Shown: positions 29,628-38,754 of the stretch, piece after piece
How positions within the stretch are numbered: position 1 is the first letter of the stretch
Layout: each line of letters opens with the position of its first letter
Assembly: GCA_035290625.1 (NCBI GenBank)
Contig: DATDTY010000067.1
Coordinates: 1-51,139 of the forward strand
Reading direction: 5' to 3'
DNA length: 51,139 bases
From: Candidatus Nanoarchaeia archaeon
GTDB taxonomy: Archaea; Nanobdellota; Nanobdellia; Woesearchaeales; DATDTY01
The notes under the pieces: generated by a model
Seen by the model: the letters and a program-made list of their open reading frames with translations, nothing else
Databases searched by the model: none
Told to the model about the DNA's origin: nothing
Translations under genes and position numbers: made by a program

Positions 29628-30651
29628 TAAAATGGAAAAAATTGAGTATTTATTACATTTGCCAAGTGAATATCAACTTATGTTAGCAAGTTTTTTCGTT
29701 ACTAACCCCGTTGCTTTACAAAGAATGAAAAAACAATGGGTTGAAAGAGATACTGAACACAAAGTAAGAGGAAGAACAGACGCACAGTCTAAAGAATTTA
29801 GGAATGATCTTCTTGGTGGGGCTGTTTGTCTTTTTGATCCGAACAGAGTTGATTTGGGTTTTCTGGCAGAAGTTAATGTGCCAACCGCATCTGGTTTATA
29901 CTATCCTCCTTCAGAGAAGGCTCTATATGTTGGAAGTAATATGTATGTGAAGAAAGTTCAGAGAGGAAAAGTTGTTGACACATTAAACAATAATTTGTTC
30001 TGCGATGTACACACAATTGAAGAAGGACCAGATAAGAAATTGCTTATCGCTTCCACGGGTGTTGATGGGATTCTCCTAATAGATCCTAAAAGTCCTCAGC
30101 GAGTGATTTGGGACTGGCTGGCTACAAAGCATGGATACAATAGAACGCCAGATGGAAGAAGAAGAAAAATTGATAGGGGGGTAAATTATCAAGAGGTTTA
30201 TTCAATAACACCAGATCACACCACCCATCTAAATACGGCTATTTTTCACAACGGCAGGATTTATGCTTGCTTATTCCACCAAGGTTCTCTGGTTGAGATT
30301 GATCCAGATACAAGGAAGCATGATGTTGTTCTAGAGGGAATGATCTGTCCCCATCATATTAAGCCAAGAGAAGGGGGGTATATTATTTCAAATTCAAGAG
30401 CAAATAAGGTGCTGTTGCTTGACGGAGGATTTAATGTCACAAGAACTATAGATGGTGATTTTGATTGGGTTCAGGATGCTACCCCACTAGAAGATAATAA
30501 ATACTTGATTGGCGATTCTAATAATAATAGGTTTGTAAAAGTTGATGAACATGGTTACAAAATCGATGAGTTAAGGTACGAAGAGAGGAAGATGTTTTGC
30601 TTTCTACCAATCAAAAAACAAGACGTTGTGGAGATTTTTGGGGCATCATAA
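29620..30651 (+). CDS. Beta-propeller protein (NHL/sulfotransferase-like)
   Basis: DVHT, IASTGVD, HLNT, PHHI and IGDSNNNR blade patterns. Confidence 0.6.
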   Translation: MSDKMEKIEYLLHLPSEYQLMLASFFVTNPVALQRMKKQWVERDTEHKVRGRTDAQSKEFRNDLLGGAVCLFDPNRVDLGFLAEVNVPTASGLYYPPSEKALYVGSNMYVKKVQRGKVVDTLNNNLFCDVHTIEEGPDKKLLIASTGVDGILLIDPKSPQRVIWDWLATKHGYNRTPDGRRRKIDRGVNYQEVYSITPDHTTHLNTAIFHNGRIYACLFHQGSLVEIDPDTRKHDVVLEGMICPHHIKPREGGYIISNSRANKVLLLDGGFNVTRTIDGDFDWVQDATPLEDNKYLIGDSNNNRFVKVDEHGYKIDELRYEERKMFCFLPIKKQDVVEIFGAS

Positions 30652-30653
30652 AA

Positions 30654-31802
30654 ATGTCATTAACAATAATCATCTCGGCGCTTAATGAAGAACAAAATAT
30701 TGAAGCTGTTTTAAGTAAGCTAGAGAATCAAGTTGATGAAAAAGGGAATGTGTTAGACAAAGATAAGTATAATGTACTTGTAGTTGATAATGGAAGCAGT
30801 GATGATACGGCAAAATTAGTCAGGAGATTTAGTGAGCAGAGCGAATTGCACATTGGAATGACGTATGAACCAGTTCAAAACATAATCACTGCAAGAAGAG
30901 CTGGTGTTCGAGAATTGCAAGCAAATAAATTTTATGCCAACACTAGATTTCTAGCTTTTTGTGACGCTGATGTTTCTGTCCCTGGCGAATGGATTAGTTC
31001 AATGATGACAGGATTTAAAGATAGAGGCACTGGAATTTTATCATACAACGGCTCGTTTCCACACAGTTTTTGGGAAAAAGTACCCAGACTTGTTGAAAAA
31101 TACGTCTTGGAGGTAGGAACTTTATTCTTTCCAATGGAGACCATAACCTATTATGAGGTGCATAAAAGAGATGTTAAGTTTACTAGACAGATATACTCTG
31201 ATTTTGTAAGACCGCCAAGCGGTGGTTTTTATGCCATTAGATTAGATCATTATAATTCTGTTAATGGTTATGAGAGAGAGTTTACTGATGATGGTAAAGA
31301 GGTTGATGGGCCAACATGGAGACTATACATCAAACTGATGGGCGCAGGAGCTAATCTTAAATTTATTCCTGATATTGAAATGATTAATAGTGAAAGAAGG
31401 TTATTAGGAGCCCCCGAGAAATTCTTCAGAGTCCAGGAATACGATCAACTAAGTGATCTTAGGCAGGATCTGCGAGAAAGAAGTGACAGCCAGTACAGTT
31501 TTGTTGATAATTTAGCGAGTTCTATTGACTTTACCCCTGTACAAAGATATGTGACTCAATATTACTTGTTATTTCCATGCGTTAATAGACCAGAACTTAT
31601 AGGATTGAATGAAACGTATTTTGGCTCATTAAAAAGAGCTGTAGAAACAGATATTCTTCAGTGGAGATCAAAGAATAACCGTGCAAGAGGACAGGATGTT
31701 TTTAGATTTTGTGATGAGTTAACTGACAAATACTCTGATAAATTATGGCATGAAATACCAACTGGGAGGGAAGAAGCTCAGCCACCAAAATCCAGAAAAT
31801 GA
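30654..31802 (+). CDS. GT2 glycosyltransferase
   Basis: IIISALNEE, VVDNGSSDDT and FCDAD motifs; start at 30654. Confidence 0.85.
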   Translation: MSLTIIISALNEEQNIEAVLSKLENQVDEKGNVLDKDKYNVLVVDNGSSDDTAKLVRRFSEQSELHIGMTYEPVQNIITARRAGVRELQANKFYANTRFLAFCDADVSVPGEWISSMMTGFKDRGTGILSYNGSFPHSFWEKVPRLVEKYVLEVGTLFFPMETITYYEVHKRDVKFTRQIYSDFVRPPSGGFYAIRLDHYNSVNGYEREFTDDGKEVDGPTWRLYIKLMGAGANLKFIPDIEMINSERRLLGAPEKFFRVQEYDQLSDLRQDLRERSDSQYSFVDNLASSIDFTPVQRYVTQYYLLFPCVNRPELIGLNETYFGSLKRAVETDILQWRSKNNRARGQDVFRFCDELTDKYSDKLWHEIPTGREEAQPPKSRK

Positions 31803-32815
31803 GAATAATAGAAGATGATCAGGTACATTCAAAAGCTTCTGATGGTAATTGGAGACCATCACAAGTAGTTGAAGAAGCAAAACAAAGAGGTCTCCAAGCA
31901 ATTGCTCTTACTGACCATGACACTACTTTTGGTGTTCCTGAAGCCCAAGAAACTGGAAAAAGGGTTGGAGTAATTGTGCATAGTGGTATCGAAGTTAATT
32001 CTTCCTATCAAGACTCAGATGTAACCTTAGATAGTTTAGATATATTAGGCCTAAAAATGAATCTAGATTTAATTCAGCCACTTGAGAGTAAACTGTCTGT
32101 CTATAGGCATGATGCACTTGATAGGATCATAGATAAGCTTAATCAGTATATCTCTTCAGAGGAGTTTGAAAGAGATGATAGGGAGAAAAGGTACTCTCTT
32201 AAGAGTCCAAGAGTAATAAGCGTCGACGATCTCATTACCTGGAAATGTGAATGGAATGATTATAAATGTGAAGTGCCATACATTTCTGATTGGGAAATTG
32301 CATTTTATGCCTTTGGTCGTTTCGCTCCTCACTTGAATTTAGAGAAAAGAACATTGGGTGGGGACAGAAGTGTTATGAAAGAAATAATGAGAGAATATCC
32401 ATTTTTATTCCAAAGAACAACCAGGAGGCCATCCTGGGAAGAAGCGATGAGAGAAATTAAAAATGCCGAAGGTTTAGCTGTATGGAGTCATCCCGGGCGG
32501 GCACTTTATTATCAAGAAAGCGGGCTAATTAAAGAATGGGAACTCGACGAAAATGGATGGTGCTTACCTGAGAGAAAGAAAAGTCCATTTGCCGTAGCAC
32601 AAAAATTAGCTGAAAAAGGATTGGATGGGATTGAGTTGTATTATTATGCTGGAAATGATACTCTTCATGGTCATATACAAGAACAGATCAACAAGTATTT
32701 TAAATTAATGGCAGAAACATTTGGACTTATGGTCACTTATGGATCTGACTGCCATGGACCGCGATTAAGAGAACCGTATATGGGGGTATTTGGTTCTTCT
32801 ACGCTGATATTGTAA
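31799..32815 (+). CDS. PHP-family phosphoesterase
   Basis: QVHSKASDG, ALTDHD, GIE, SHPG and GSDCHG motifs. Confidence 0.88.
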   Translation: MRIIEDDQVHSKASDGNWRPSQVVEEAKQRGLQAIALTDHDTTFGVPEAQETGKRVGVIVHSGIEVNSSYQDSDVTLDSLDILGLKMNLDLIQPLESKLSVYRHDALDRIIDKLNQYISSEEFERDDREKRYSLKSPRVISVDDLITWKCEWNDYKCEVPYISDWEIAFYAFGRFAPHLNLEKRTLGGDRSVMKEIMREYPFLFQRTTRRPSWEEAMREIKNAEGLAVWSHPGRALYYQESGLIKEWELDENGWCLPERKKSPFAVAQKLAEKGLDGIELYYYAGNDTLHGHIQEQINKYFKLMAETFGLMVTYGSDCHGPRLREPYMGVFGSSTLIL

Positions 32816-32820
32816 TCAAG

Positions 32821-33654
32821 ATGGAAATCATAAACAAAACCATGGACCGGGGAGATTTGTTTACTGATGAATCTATGCCCGCAATAAACCGGATTGATGA
32901 CTTGATTCGTGACATTTACTCTAGGGGATTGAATATCACAAACTGGTATGGTTTTATGACAGACGACAGAGAAGCTGAAAGTCTGCAGGGTGTTGGGATA
33001 GACAATAGAGGTTCAGATTATGAGCCGCTCACAGGAGTTGTTGATGATGGAAGATTTCCATGGTACTTATATTGGGAAACATGTACCGTCCTGGCAAACG
33101 GCCCTAAACTAAAAAAAGACCATGTTGTTTTAGATGCAGGAGGAACTTCTTCTTTATTTAGTTGTTATCTTGCTTCTCGAGGAGCCGAGATGCATTCGAT
33201 AGATTTTAATGAGGAAATTGTTGCGAACGGCAATAAGTTAAGCCAAGAGATGGGTTGGAATATGTCCTCATACCATATGGATATGAGGACACTGGATTTC
33301 CCTGACGAATTTTTTAATCACGCTTATTCGATTTGTGTGTTTGAACATTTAGAGTCTAGAGTAAAGCAACTTGCATTAGAGGAGATTGCAAGATGCTTGA
33401 AACCAAAGGGGATGTTATCAATAACTTTTGATTACAAAAATCCTGCTCCTGATGTCTATCCAATTGGGCCGGATACAAGTTCTGAGAATAGACCCTCAAC
33501 AACAGAAGATATTGGGAGGGCATTTCTTTCAACAGGGCGTTTTGAGTTAGTAGGAAACAAAGAATTTTTTGATAACGGGAAAACATATTTAATGAACCCT
33601 AAATTTGGCAACCGTCCCTATACTTTTGGAGCGATATTTTTACAGAAAAAATAG
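32821..33654 (+). CDS. Class I SAM-dependent methyltransferase
   Basis: VLDAGG, DMRTLDFPD, SICVFEHL and RCLKPKG motifs. Confidence 0.88.
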   Translation: MEIINKTMDRGDLFTDESMPAINRIDDLIRDIYSRGLNITNWYGFMTDDREAESLQGVGIDNRGSDYEPLTGVVDDGRFPWYLYWETCTVLANGPKLKKDHVVLDAGGTSSLFSCYLASRGAEMHSIDFNEEIVANGNKLSQEMGWNMSSYHMDMRTLDFPDEFFNHAYSICVFEHLESRVKQLALEEIARCLKPKGMLSITFDYKNPAPDVYPIGPDTSSENRPSTTEDIGRAFLSTGRFELVGNKEFFDNGKTYLMNPKFGNRPYTFGAIFLQKK

Positions 33655-33690
33655 TAAACTTATTAAATAAGATTAAACATAATTGTAAAA

Positions 33691-34239
33691 ATGGATATCG
33701 GATTTGCAATACTTTTAGAGGATGAATGTTACAACTACTCTCGTAAATTAGAATTAAAACTATGTGAAAAATTCGGTTTATGCTGGGGCTTGAAGCAAAG
33801 TCCACACATAACCATTAAGGCACCATTTGAAACAGACAAATTAGGCCCATTTGTAAAATATCTGAAGAGCTTGGCAAAAGAGATATCTCCATTTGAAATC
33901 GAATTAGAAGGGTTTAATTACTTCGGGAATAAAGTTATTTTTCTTGATGTAAAGAGAAACAAGCAGCTTAAAGAGTTGCATTTTAGAATCTTAAGAGATT
34001 TACAAAGTAAGTTTAGTATCAATCCGCACGAATTGGAAGGTAAACATGTAAAATTTCATTCTAGTATTGCTACTGGCGACGTGACTGAGGAAAAGTTTAG
34101 GAAAGCAAAGCAATATCTGAAGAAATATCATCCAAACTTTAAGTTTACAGCAAAGACTATGGGGATTTTTTATTATCTTGGTGAAGATGCTGGATGGATT
34201 ATAGTAAGAAGGACAAAGTTTAATAGAGATAGAAAATAG
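33691..34239 (+). CDS. 2H phosphoesterase (2'-5' RNA ligase/YjcG-like)
   Basis: Two HxT/S motifs: PHITIKAPF and FHSSIA. Confidence 0.85.
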   Translation: MDIGFAILLEDECYNYSRKLELKLCEKFGLCWGLKQSPHITIKAPFETDKLGPFVKYLKSLAKEISPFEIELEGFNYFGNKVIFLDVKRNKQLKELHFRILRDLQSKFSINPHELEGKHVKFHSSIATGDVTEEKFRKAKQYLKKYHPNFKFTAKTMGIFYYLGEDAGWIIVRRTKFNRDRK

Positions 34240-34242
34240 TTT

Positions 34243-35019
34243 TTAGTGGCTGTAATATTCCTTCAGCGTCGCTTTTCTTCCTGAAGGAGTATATGCGAAA
34301 GCGCCGAACTCTTTCATGTTTTTTGCTTCCTTGAAGCTGAACACAGGCCCGTCCTTGCATACTAACCTGTCATCTACCATGCACTGGGCGCAGATTCCGT
34401 AACCGCAGGCCATGAAGCGCTCTAAGGAGAGTTCTCCCTGAATGCTGTGTTTTAACCCTAGTTCCATCACTTTTTTCATCATGACCTCAGGTCCGCAGGC
34501 GTAGATGAAGTCTATTTTTTTGTTTTTTAATTCGTTTTCCAATACCGCTGTTGTAAAGCCTTTAAATCCAAAGCTGCCGTCATCAGTGCAGAATCTTGCG
34601 TTTTTAAAGCGGTCTTTGTATAATAATAATTCCCTGGTTCTTGCTCCATTGATGATGATTGGATTGTTTAATTCTTCTATCAAGGTTGCCACTGAGGCCA
34701 TGCCCAGGCCGCCTGCTACGACTATTGATTTTCCCTTCTTTATCGAGAACGGTTTTCCATAGGGGCCTCTGATGCCGAGCTTGTCTCCTGGCTTTAGGGT
34801 TATTAGTTTCTTTGTGCATTCTCCCTTTGCTTCTACGGTTATTCCTATCTGGTCTTTGGAGTGGTAGGATAACGCGAACGGCTTCTCATCAATGCCAGGA
34901 AGCCAGAGCATTATAAATTGGCCTGGCTGGTAATCAATCTTATGGTTCAGGAAGAGGGTTGAGACGGTTTTGGATTCCTTCTTTACTTTCGTGATTTTTA
35001 GGACTTTTGGGATTTCCAT
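34243..35019 (-). CDS. pyrK: Dihydroorotate dehydrogenase electron-transfer subunit
   Basis: PGQFIMLW, RGPYG, AGGLG, ACGPE and CGYGICAQC...C motifs. Confidence 0.93.
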   Translation of the reverse strand: MEIPKVLKITKVKKESKTVSTLFLNHKIDYQPGQFIMLWLPGIDEKPFALSYHSKDQIGITVEAKGECTKKLITLKPGDKLGIRGPYGKPFSIKKGKSIVVAGGLGMASVATLIEELNNPIIINGARTRELLLYKDRFKNARFCTDDGSFGFKGFTTAVLENELKNKKIDFIYACGPEVMMKKVMELGLKHSIQGELSLERFMACGYGICAQCMVDDRLVCKDGPVFSFKEAKNMKEFGAFAYTPSGRKATLKEYYSH

Positions 35020-35831
35020 TTCAGGCTTCTCCTTTTCTGCGATTCAGGCTGTTGCAGATAATTCTCATCCGTAATAACCTTATCTCCGGATTCAAGCTCA
35101 AGATTCTTTCGTGCATCTCCAGCTATCTTACCTCCTTTCCTGGCAGCACTTTTATTCTCAGAGAATCCTAATGCATTTCTGCTTCGTGCGATCTTTGTTG
35201 TTGATGCTTCTCCCAACATTGTGAAGATAATCTCGAGATCAGTCATATGGTCCCTTAGATTCTCTTTTTTAAGAGATTTAAGCTTTTTGTATTCATCAAC
35301 CGTCTTGCCAAACGTTGCCTTGCTGATTTCGTTTGTAAGAATTGCATATTCTTTGTCTTCTTTTACTCCTCGTTTAGACCATTCGTCAGTTAATTCCTGC
35401 CTTACTGCAATGCCCCTGACCCTCTTTTCTATCCAGTCATCAGAATAGCCTTTTTGCTTGTACAACTCCTTCATACGCTTTTGTGTAAGTTCTGGATCTT
35501 GTATTTCCTCCACACGCTCATAACCGACTTGCGCAAGCCATTGCTTAAAGGGCTCGGCCTTTGGGGATGGGATGGACTGGATTATACGGAACATGTTCTT
35601 TGTATTTGCGCAGTCTGTAGCGTAGGATTTACCATCAGCTGAGGGTAATTTCAGTTGTAAACAATATGTTAACAACTGACTTTCTCTTCCTTTCAAAACC
35701 CCCCAGTATTGCCTGGGGCTTGGGCTGTCAGTGAGTGCCTGAACTACATCCACCACAGAGAAATACCACTGATTTTCATGCCAGATTCTTCTTATCCGCT
35801 TGTCTTGGAAGACGACTAAGGCTTTGTCCAT
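34998..35831 (-). CDS. Bro-N domain protein (antirepressor-like)
   Basis: WYFSVVDVV, RIIQSIPSPKAEPFKQWLA and NLRDHMTDLE motifs. Confidence 0.88.
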   Translation of the reverse strand: MDKALVVFQDKRIRRIWHENQWYFSVVDVVQALTDSPSPRQYWGVLKGRESQLLTYCLQLKLPSADGKSYATDCANTKNMFRIIQSIPSPKAEPFKQWLAQVGYERVEEIQDPELTQKRMKELYKQKGYSDDWIEKRVRGIAVRQELTDEWSKRGVKEDKEYAILTNEISKATFGKTVDEYKKLKSLKKENLRDHMTDLEIIFTMLGEASTTKIARSRNALGFSENKSAARKGGKIAGDARKNLELESGDKVITDENYLQQPESQKRRSLKWKSQKS

Positions 35832-35853
35832 TCTTGCCTGAACCCTCTCTTTA

Positions 35854-35943
35854 TAGCAAATCGCACAAATTTTGGAACATTTATCCTGCGATTTGCTAGT
35901 TACTAAATCTCACAATATGTTCATAAATTAATGAGATTTACTA
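35854..35943. repeat. Two tandem inverted-repeat sites upstream of the Bro-N gene
   Basis: TAGCAAATCGCA-N21-TGCGATTTGCTA followed by TACTAAATCTCA-N19-TGAGATTTACTA. Confidence 0.7.
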
Positions 35944-35993
35944 TTAGATGGGTATTCCTGGTTTTATAATGGTTGCGGTGGTGTTGGGATGGC

Positions 35994-36416
35994 TTATTTC
36001 TTTAAAAATTTCCTGGCCATCTCGTGAAATTCCCTGCATATCCCAAGGTCAAACTCTGCAGTCTCTCTAGAATAGGAATAATGGTAATCAGCATCTTCTC
36101 TTGCACTCATCGCAGCCTTAAAATCGTTGATATGCCTGCTCTCAATCTTTCCATTTTTGTTTAAGTGCTCCAATACAGCAATGACTGCAATGTGTTTTTT
36201 CTCAATATAGCCCTGATCGTAAAGGACGGCTTTGGCGGCATGAAACATGGAATAATAGCATTTCACAATACTCCATTTGTAATCCTCATCACTGAGCGCT
36301 TTTTCAGCTTTCCCAAGGTCATAGGCTGACTCATTTAATTCCTTTTCGCTGAGCTCCTTATCTGGGCTCGTTTTTATCAGGAATCTCTTTTCAATGCATT
36401 GCTTCAGGCTTATCAT
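35994..36416 (-). CDS. HEPN-domain protein (UPF0332-like), pair 1
   Basis: YYSMFHAAKAVL...H...REDADY; ATGA-coupled to the MNT gene. Confidence 0.88.
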   Translation of the reverse strand: MISLKQCIEKRFLIKTSPDKELSEKELNESAYDLGKAEKALSDEDYKWSIVKCYYSMFHAAKAVLYDQGYIEKKHIAVIAVLEHLNKNGKIESRHINDFKAAMSAREDADYHYSYSRETAEFDLGICREFHEMARKFLKK

Positions 36417-36937
36417 ACAAGCCTCACCTTGTCCTTCTCAACCCTCTCATAGAATGCCTTGTCCTGCTTGGCCATCTTTGACCATTCCAGGTCTGTGAAT
36501 ATGTTAAAACTTATCTTTCTTCCCATCTTTCTCTCCAGGGATTCCATATCGCGTATGATCTCTGTTCTTCTGGCCTTTCCTATGATCAAGAGATCCATAT
36601 CACTGTCTGTACTGTAGTCTCCTCTTGCGCAGCTTCCATACAGGTATACCTCTGAATTCTCTGGCTTCTTTATATCGCTTAATCCCATCAGGATATTTAT
36701 CTTCTTGAGTTCGGTAATCACCCCGTTATCATTGTTGATGTTCACCATGCGGCTAGAGCCTATTGTCTTTCTTGTTATGAATCCGTTTTTTTCAAGATAG
36801 TACAGCCATTTTATGACTGTGGCTTTTGATATCTTTGTTTTTTGTACCAGCTCTCTCTGGAGGACGTCTTCATGGTCTACAAGGTATTTTAGAATGAGGA
36901 GTATCTTCTTGTTGCCGAATAGGTCTTCCAGCTGCAT
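36413..36937 (-). CDS. wHTH-minimal nucleotidyltransferase (MNT), pair 1
   Basis: N-terminal HTH; LYGSCARG...SDMDLLII. Confidence 0.88.
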   Translation of the reverse strand: MQLEDLFGNKKILLILKYLVDHEDVLQRELVQKTKISKATVIKWLYYLEKNGFITRKTIGSSRMVNINNDNGVITELKKINILMGLSDIKKPENSEVYLYGSCARGDYSTDSDMDLLIIGKARRTEIIRDMESLERKMGRKISFNIFTDLEWSKMAKQDKAFYERVEKDKVRLV

Positions 36938-37117
36938 GATGAGATTAGGACTGGTTTAAGTATTTAAACCTTTTGGTATAAATGGATAGACCTAATGGTT
37001 TAATTGGTTTGACTCATAGTTTGTGAGTTCTTCAGATTTTCTTAGCCTGCTTGGGAGGCATCTTTTGGATGACTGCAAAAATGCTAAAATGTGGTCACCC
37101 AAGAGCAAAAGAATTCT

Positions 37118-37204
37118 TTACAACCTCTCCTGCCCTAACCTCTTATTAATAATCGCATGATATCTCTTCTCCTTGTCTATACCGATGGAATTCCTGTTAA
37201 GCAT
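37118..37204 (-). pseudogene. C-terminal remnant of an N4/N6 DNA methyltransferase
   Basis: Minus frame reads MLNRNSIGIDKEKRYHAIINKRLGQERL*, typical of beta-class MTase C-termini. Confidence 0.55.
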
Positions 37205-37251
37205 TGGTATGCGCAGCATATCCATTAAGCTAAAAAGACCCTAACACAAAA

Positions 37252-38028
37252 TCATCTCAACGCTATATACTTCCCCCTTTCTCTAAAACTTACTATTCCT
37301 TTATCTCTCAGAAACTGCAATTGCTGCCTTATTTTTGCTTTGACATGCTGATTTTCGGGGTGATCTTTTGCAAGCTCTTCTTCATATTCATAGACCTCTT
37401 TAAGCGAAAACTCCTTTTTCTCCAGTGCATGGATTACCCGCAGGACATCAAGAGTCCAGCCCCTTTCAGGCAGAGTAGTGTCTTTGATGAAGCTGACCTT
37501 CTTCCACTGATTATGCACAGTCGTCTTATCGTATATTTCTTTCTCATGGATTATCTTTATTATTCCTTCTGGCGGAATTTTATTTAGCAGTACATTACAG
37601 CCAATCCATCCAGCTCTTCTGGCCCTCTGCGAGAGTGGCTTCCTTTTCTCAATAATGGTCTCGGTGAAAAAGAAGTAAGGCAATAAGAATAGGTTTTCAA
37701 TGTAATAATCAGTATTATACTTCAGAAGGAAGAAATTTGGCCTGATATCGTGCTTGATAGAGTCTATCATTAAAGTATAAGCACCATCAAGAATCCTTTT
37801 TCCAAACTTACTCTTTTGACTCTTCAACTGGAATTGCTGGTTGCATTGAGGGCAGAAGAAATCTGCCACAGGCTGGTTATTTGGAAATTTATTTATCTCT
37901 AAATGAGAACATGCTGGGCAGAACATATTATTGCCCATCCAATTCTCAGTGAGAACCCGTATTCTTTGGGAATTGCTTTTGTATCTGTCAAATACTTCCT
38001 CTTGGTAAATACTGAGTTCCATTCTCAT
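37252..38028 (-). CDS. DpnI/DRP-family methyl-directed restriction endonuclease
   Basis: YKSNSQRIRVLTE, CPAC, PVADFFCPQC, RKPLSQRARRAGWIGCN and KIRQQLQFLRD motifs. Confidence 0.92.
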   Translation of the reverse strand: MRMELSIYQEEVFDRYKSNSQRIRVLTENWMGNNMFCPACSHLEINKFPNNQPVADFFCPQCNQQFQLKSQKSKFGKRILDGAYTLMIDSIKHDIRPNFFLLKYNTDYYIENLFLLPYFFFTETIIEKRKPLSQRARRAGWIGCNVLLNKIPPEGIIKIIHEKEIYDKTTVHNQWKKVSFIKDTTLPERGWTLDVLRVIHALEKKEFSLKEVYEYEEELAKDHPENQHVKAKIRQQLQFLRDKGIVSFRERGKYIALR

Positions 38029-38118
38029 TCCATTATGTTGATGGTTAATAAATCTTATCCAAGATCGCTCCCCAGCCTATGATCATTCTTAAATAGATCC
38101 TCTGGATCAGCTTGTTTA

Positions 38119-38340
38119 ATGAAATGCCCGTACTGCAATTCAAAAACCAAAGTAGAGATTCTTACAACAGAAAGAGGCCAGGTTAGGTGGCTGAATCCAA
38201 AGATAGGAGATAATGGCGCAATAATCGAGTTAGGAAATAAATGGGAATATGAAGGCGGAGAGACTCTAGAGGATACAAGATATGAAATAAGGTGCGTTAA
38301 ATGCGGCAAAACAATAAAACATACTGATACCTTGGCGTAG
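38119..38340 (+). CDS. Small Zn-ribbon protein
   Basis: MKCPYC...CVKCGK. Confidence 0.65.
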   Translation: MKCPYCNSKTKVEILTTERGQVRWLNPKIGDNGAIIELGNKWEYEGGETLEDTRYEIRCVKCGKTIKHTDTLA

Positions 38341-38368
38341 TGTTAGGATCCGAAAAAAGGTGATCAAC

Positions 38369-38643
38369 ATGAAAATCACCCAAACCATCCTTGAAAAAAC
38401 GTTCATCATCGAGCATAGAGGAAAAGAGTACTATGTCAATTTCGCGACTCTGATGGATATGTTATGGAACTAAGAGAGGGCGAGAATTGGCAAATAAATG
38501 ATGAAGATGGCAACGAGCTTGATGTGTATGTCTTCCAACCTACTCCAGGAGAATTGAAGCAGAAATATAAAGAAGTAAGATTATTCAACAAGCTTGTCCG
38601 CTTCTGCATCAGGCATTTCAATGATTATCGGCCGGAATTATAG
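38369..38643 (+). pseudogene. Frameshifted hypothetical gene
   Basis: GGTGA SD then MKITQTILEKTFIIEHRGKEYYVNF; after a frameshift near 38445 it continues DSDGYVME...KLVRFCIRHFNDYRPEL*. Confidence 0.6.
38590..38642 (+). repeat. 53-bp direct repeat, left copy (right copy 39718-39770)
   Basis: AAGCTTGTCCGCTTCTGCATCAGGCATTT...GGAATTATA; 49/53 identical by eye. Confidence 0.9.
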
Positions 38644-38754
38644 GCTTCTTATATACCCAAGCACGGGAGGAATCCTTTGGGTGACTACAAAAACAACCAA
38701 ATGTAGTCACCTAAAATAGCAACATTTAAATATGTAGTCACCTCTATTAGAGGT

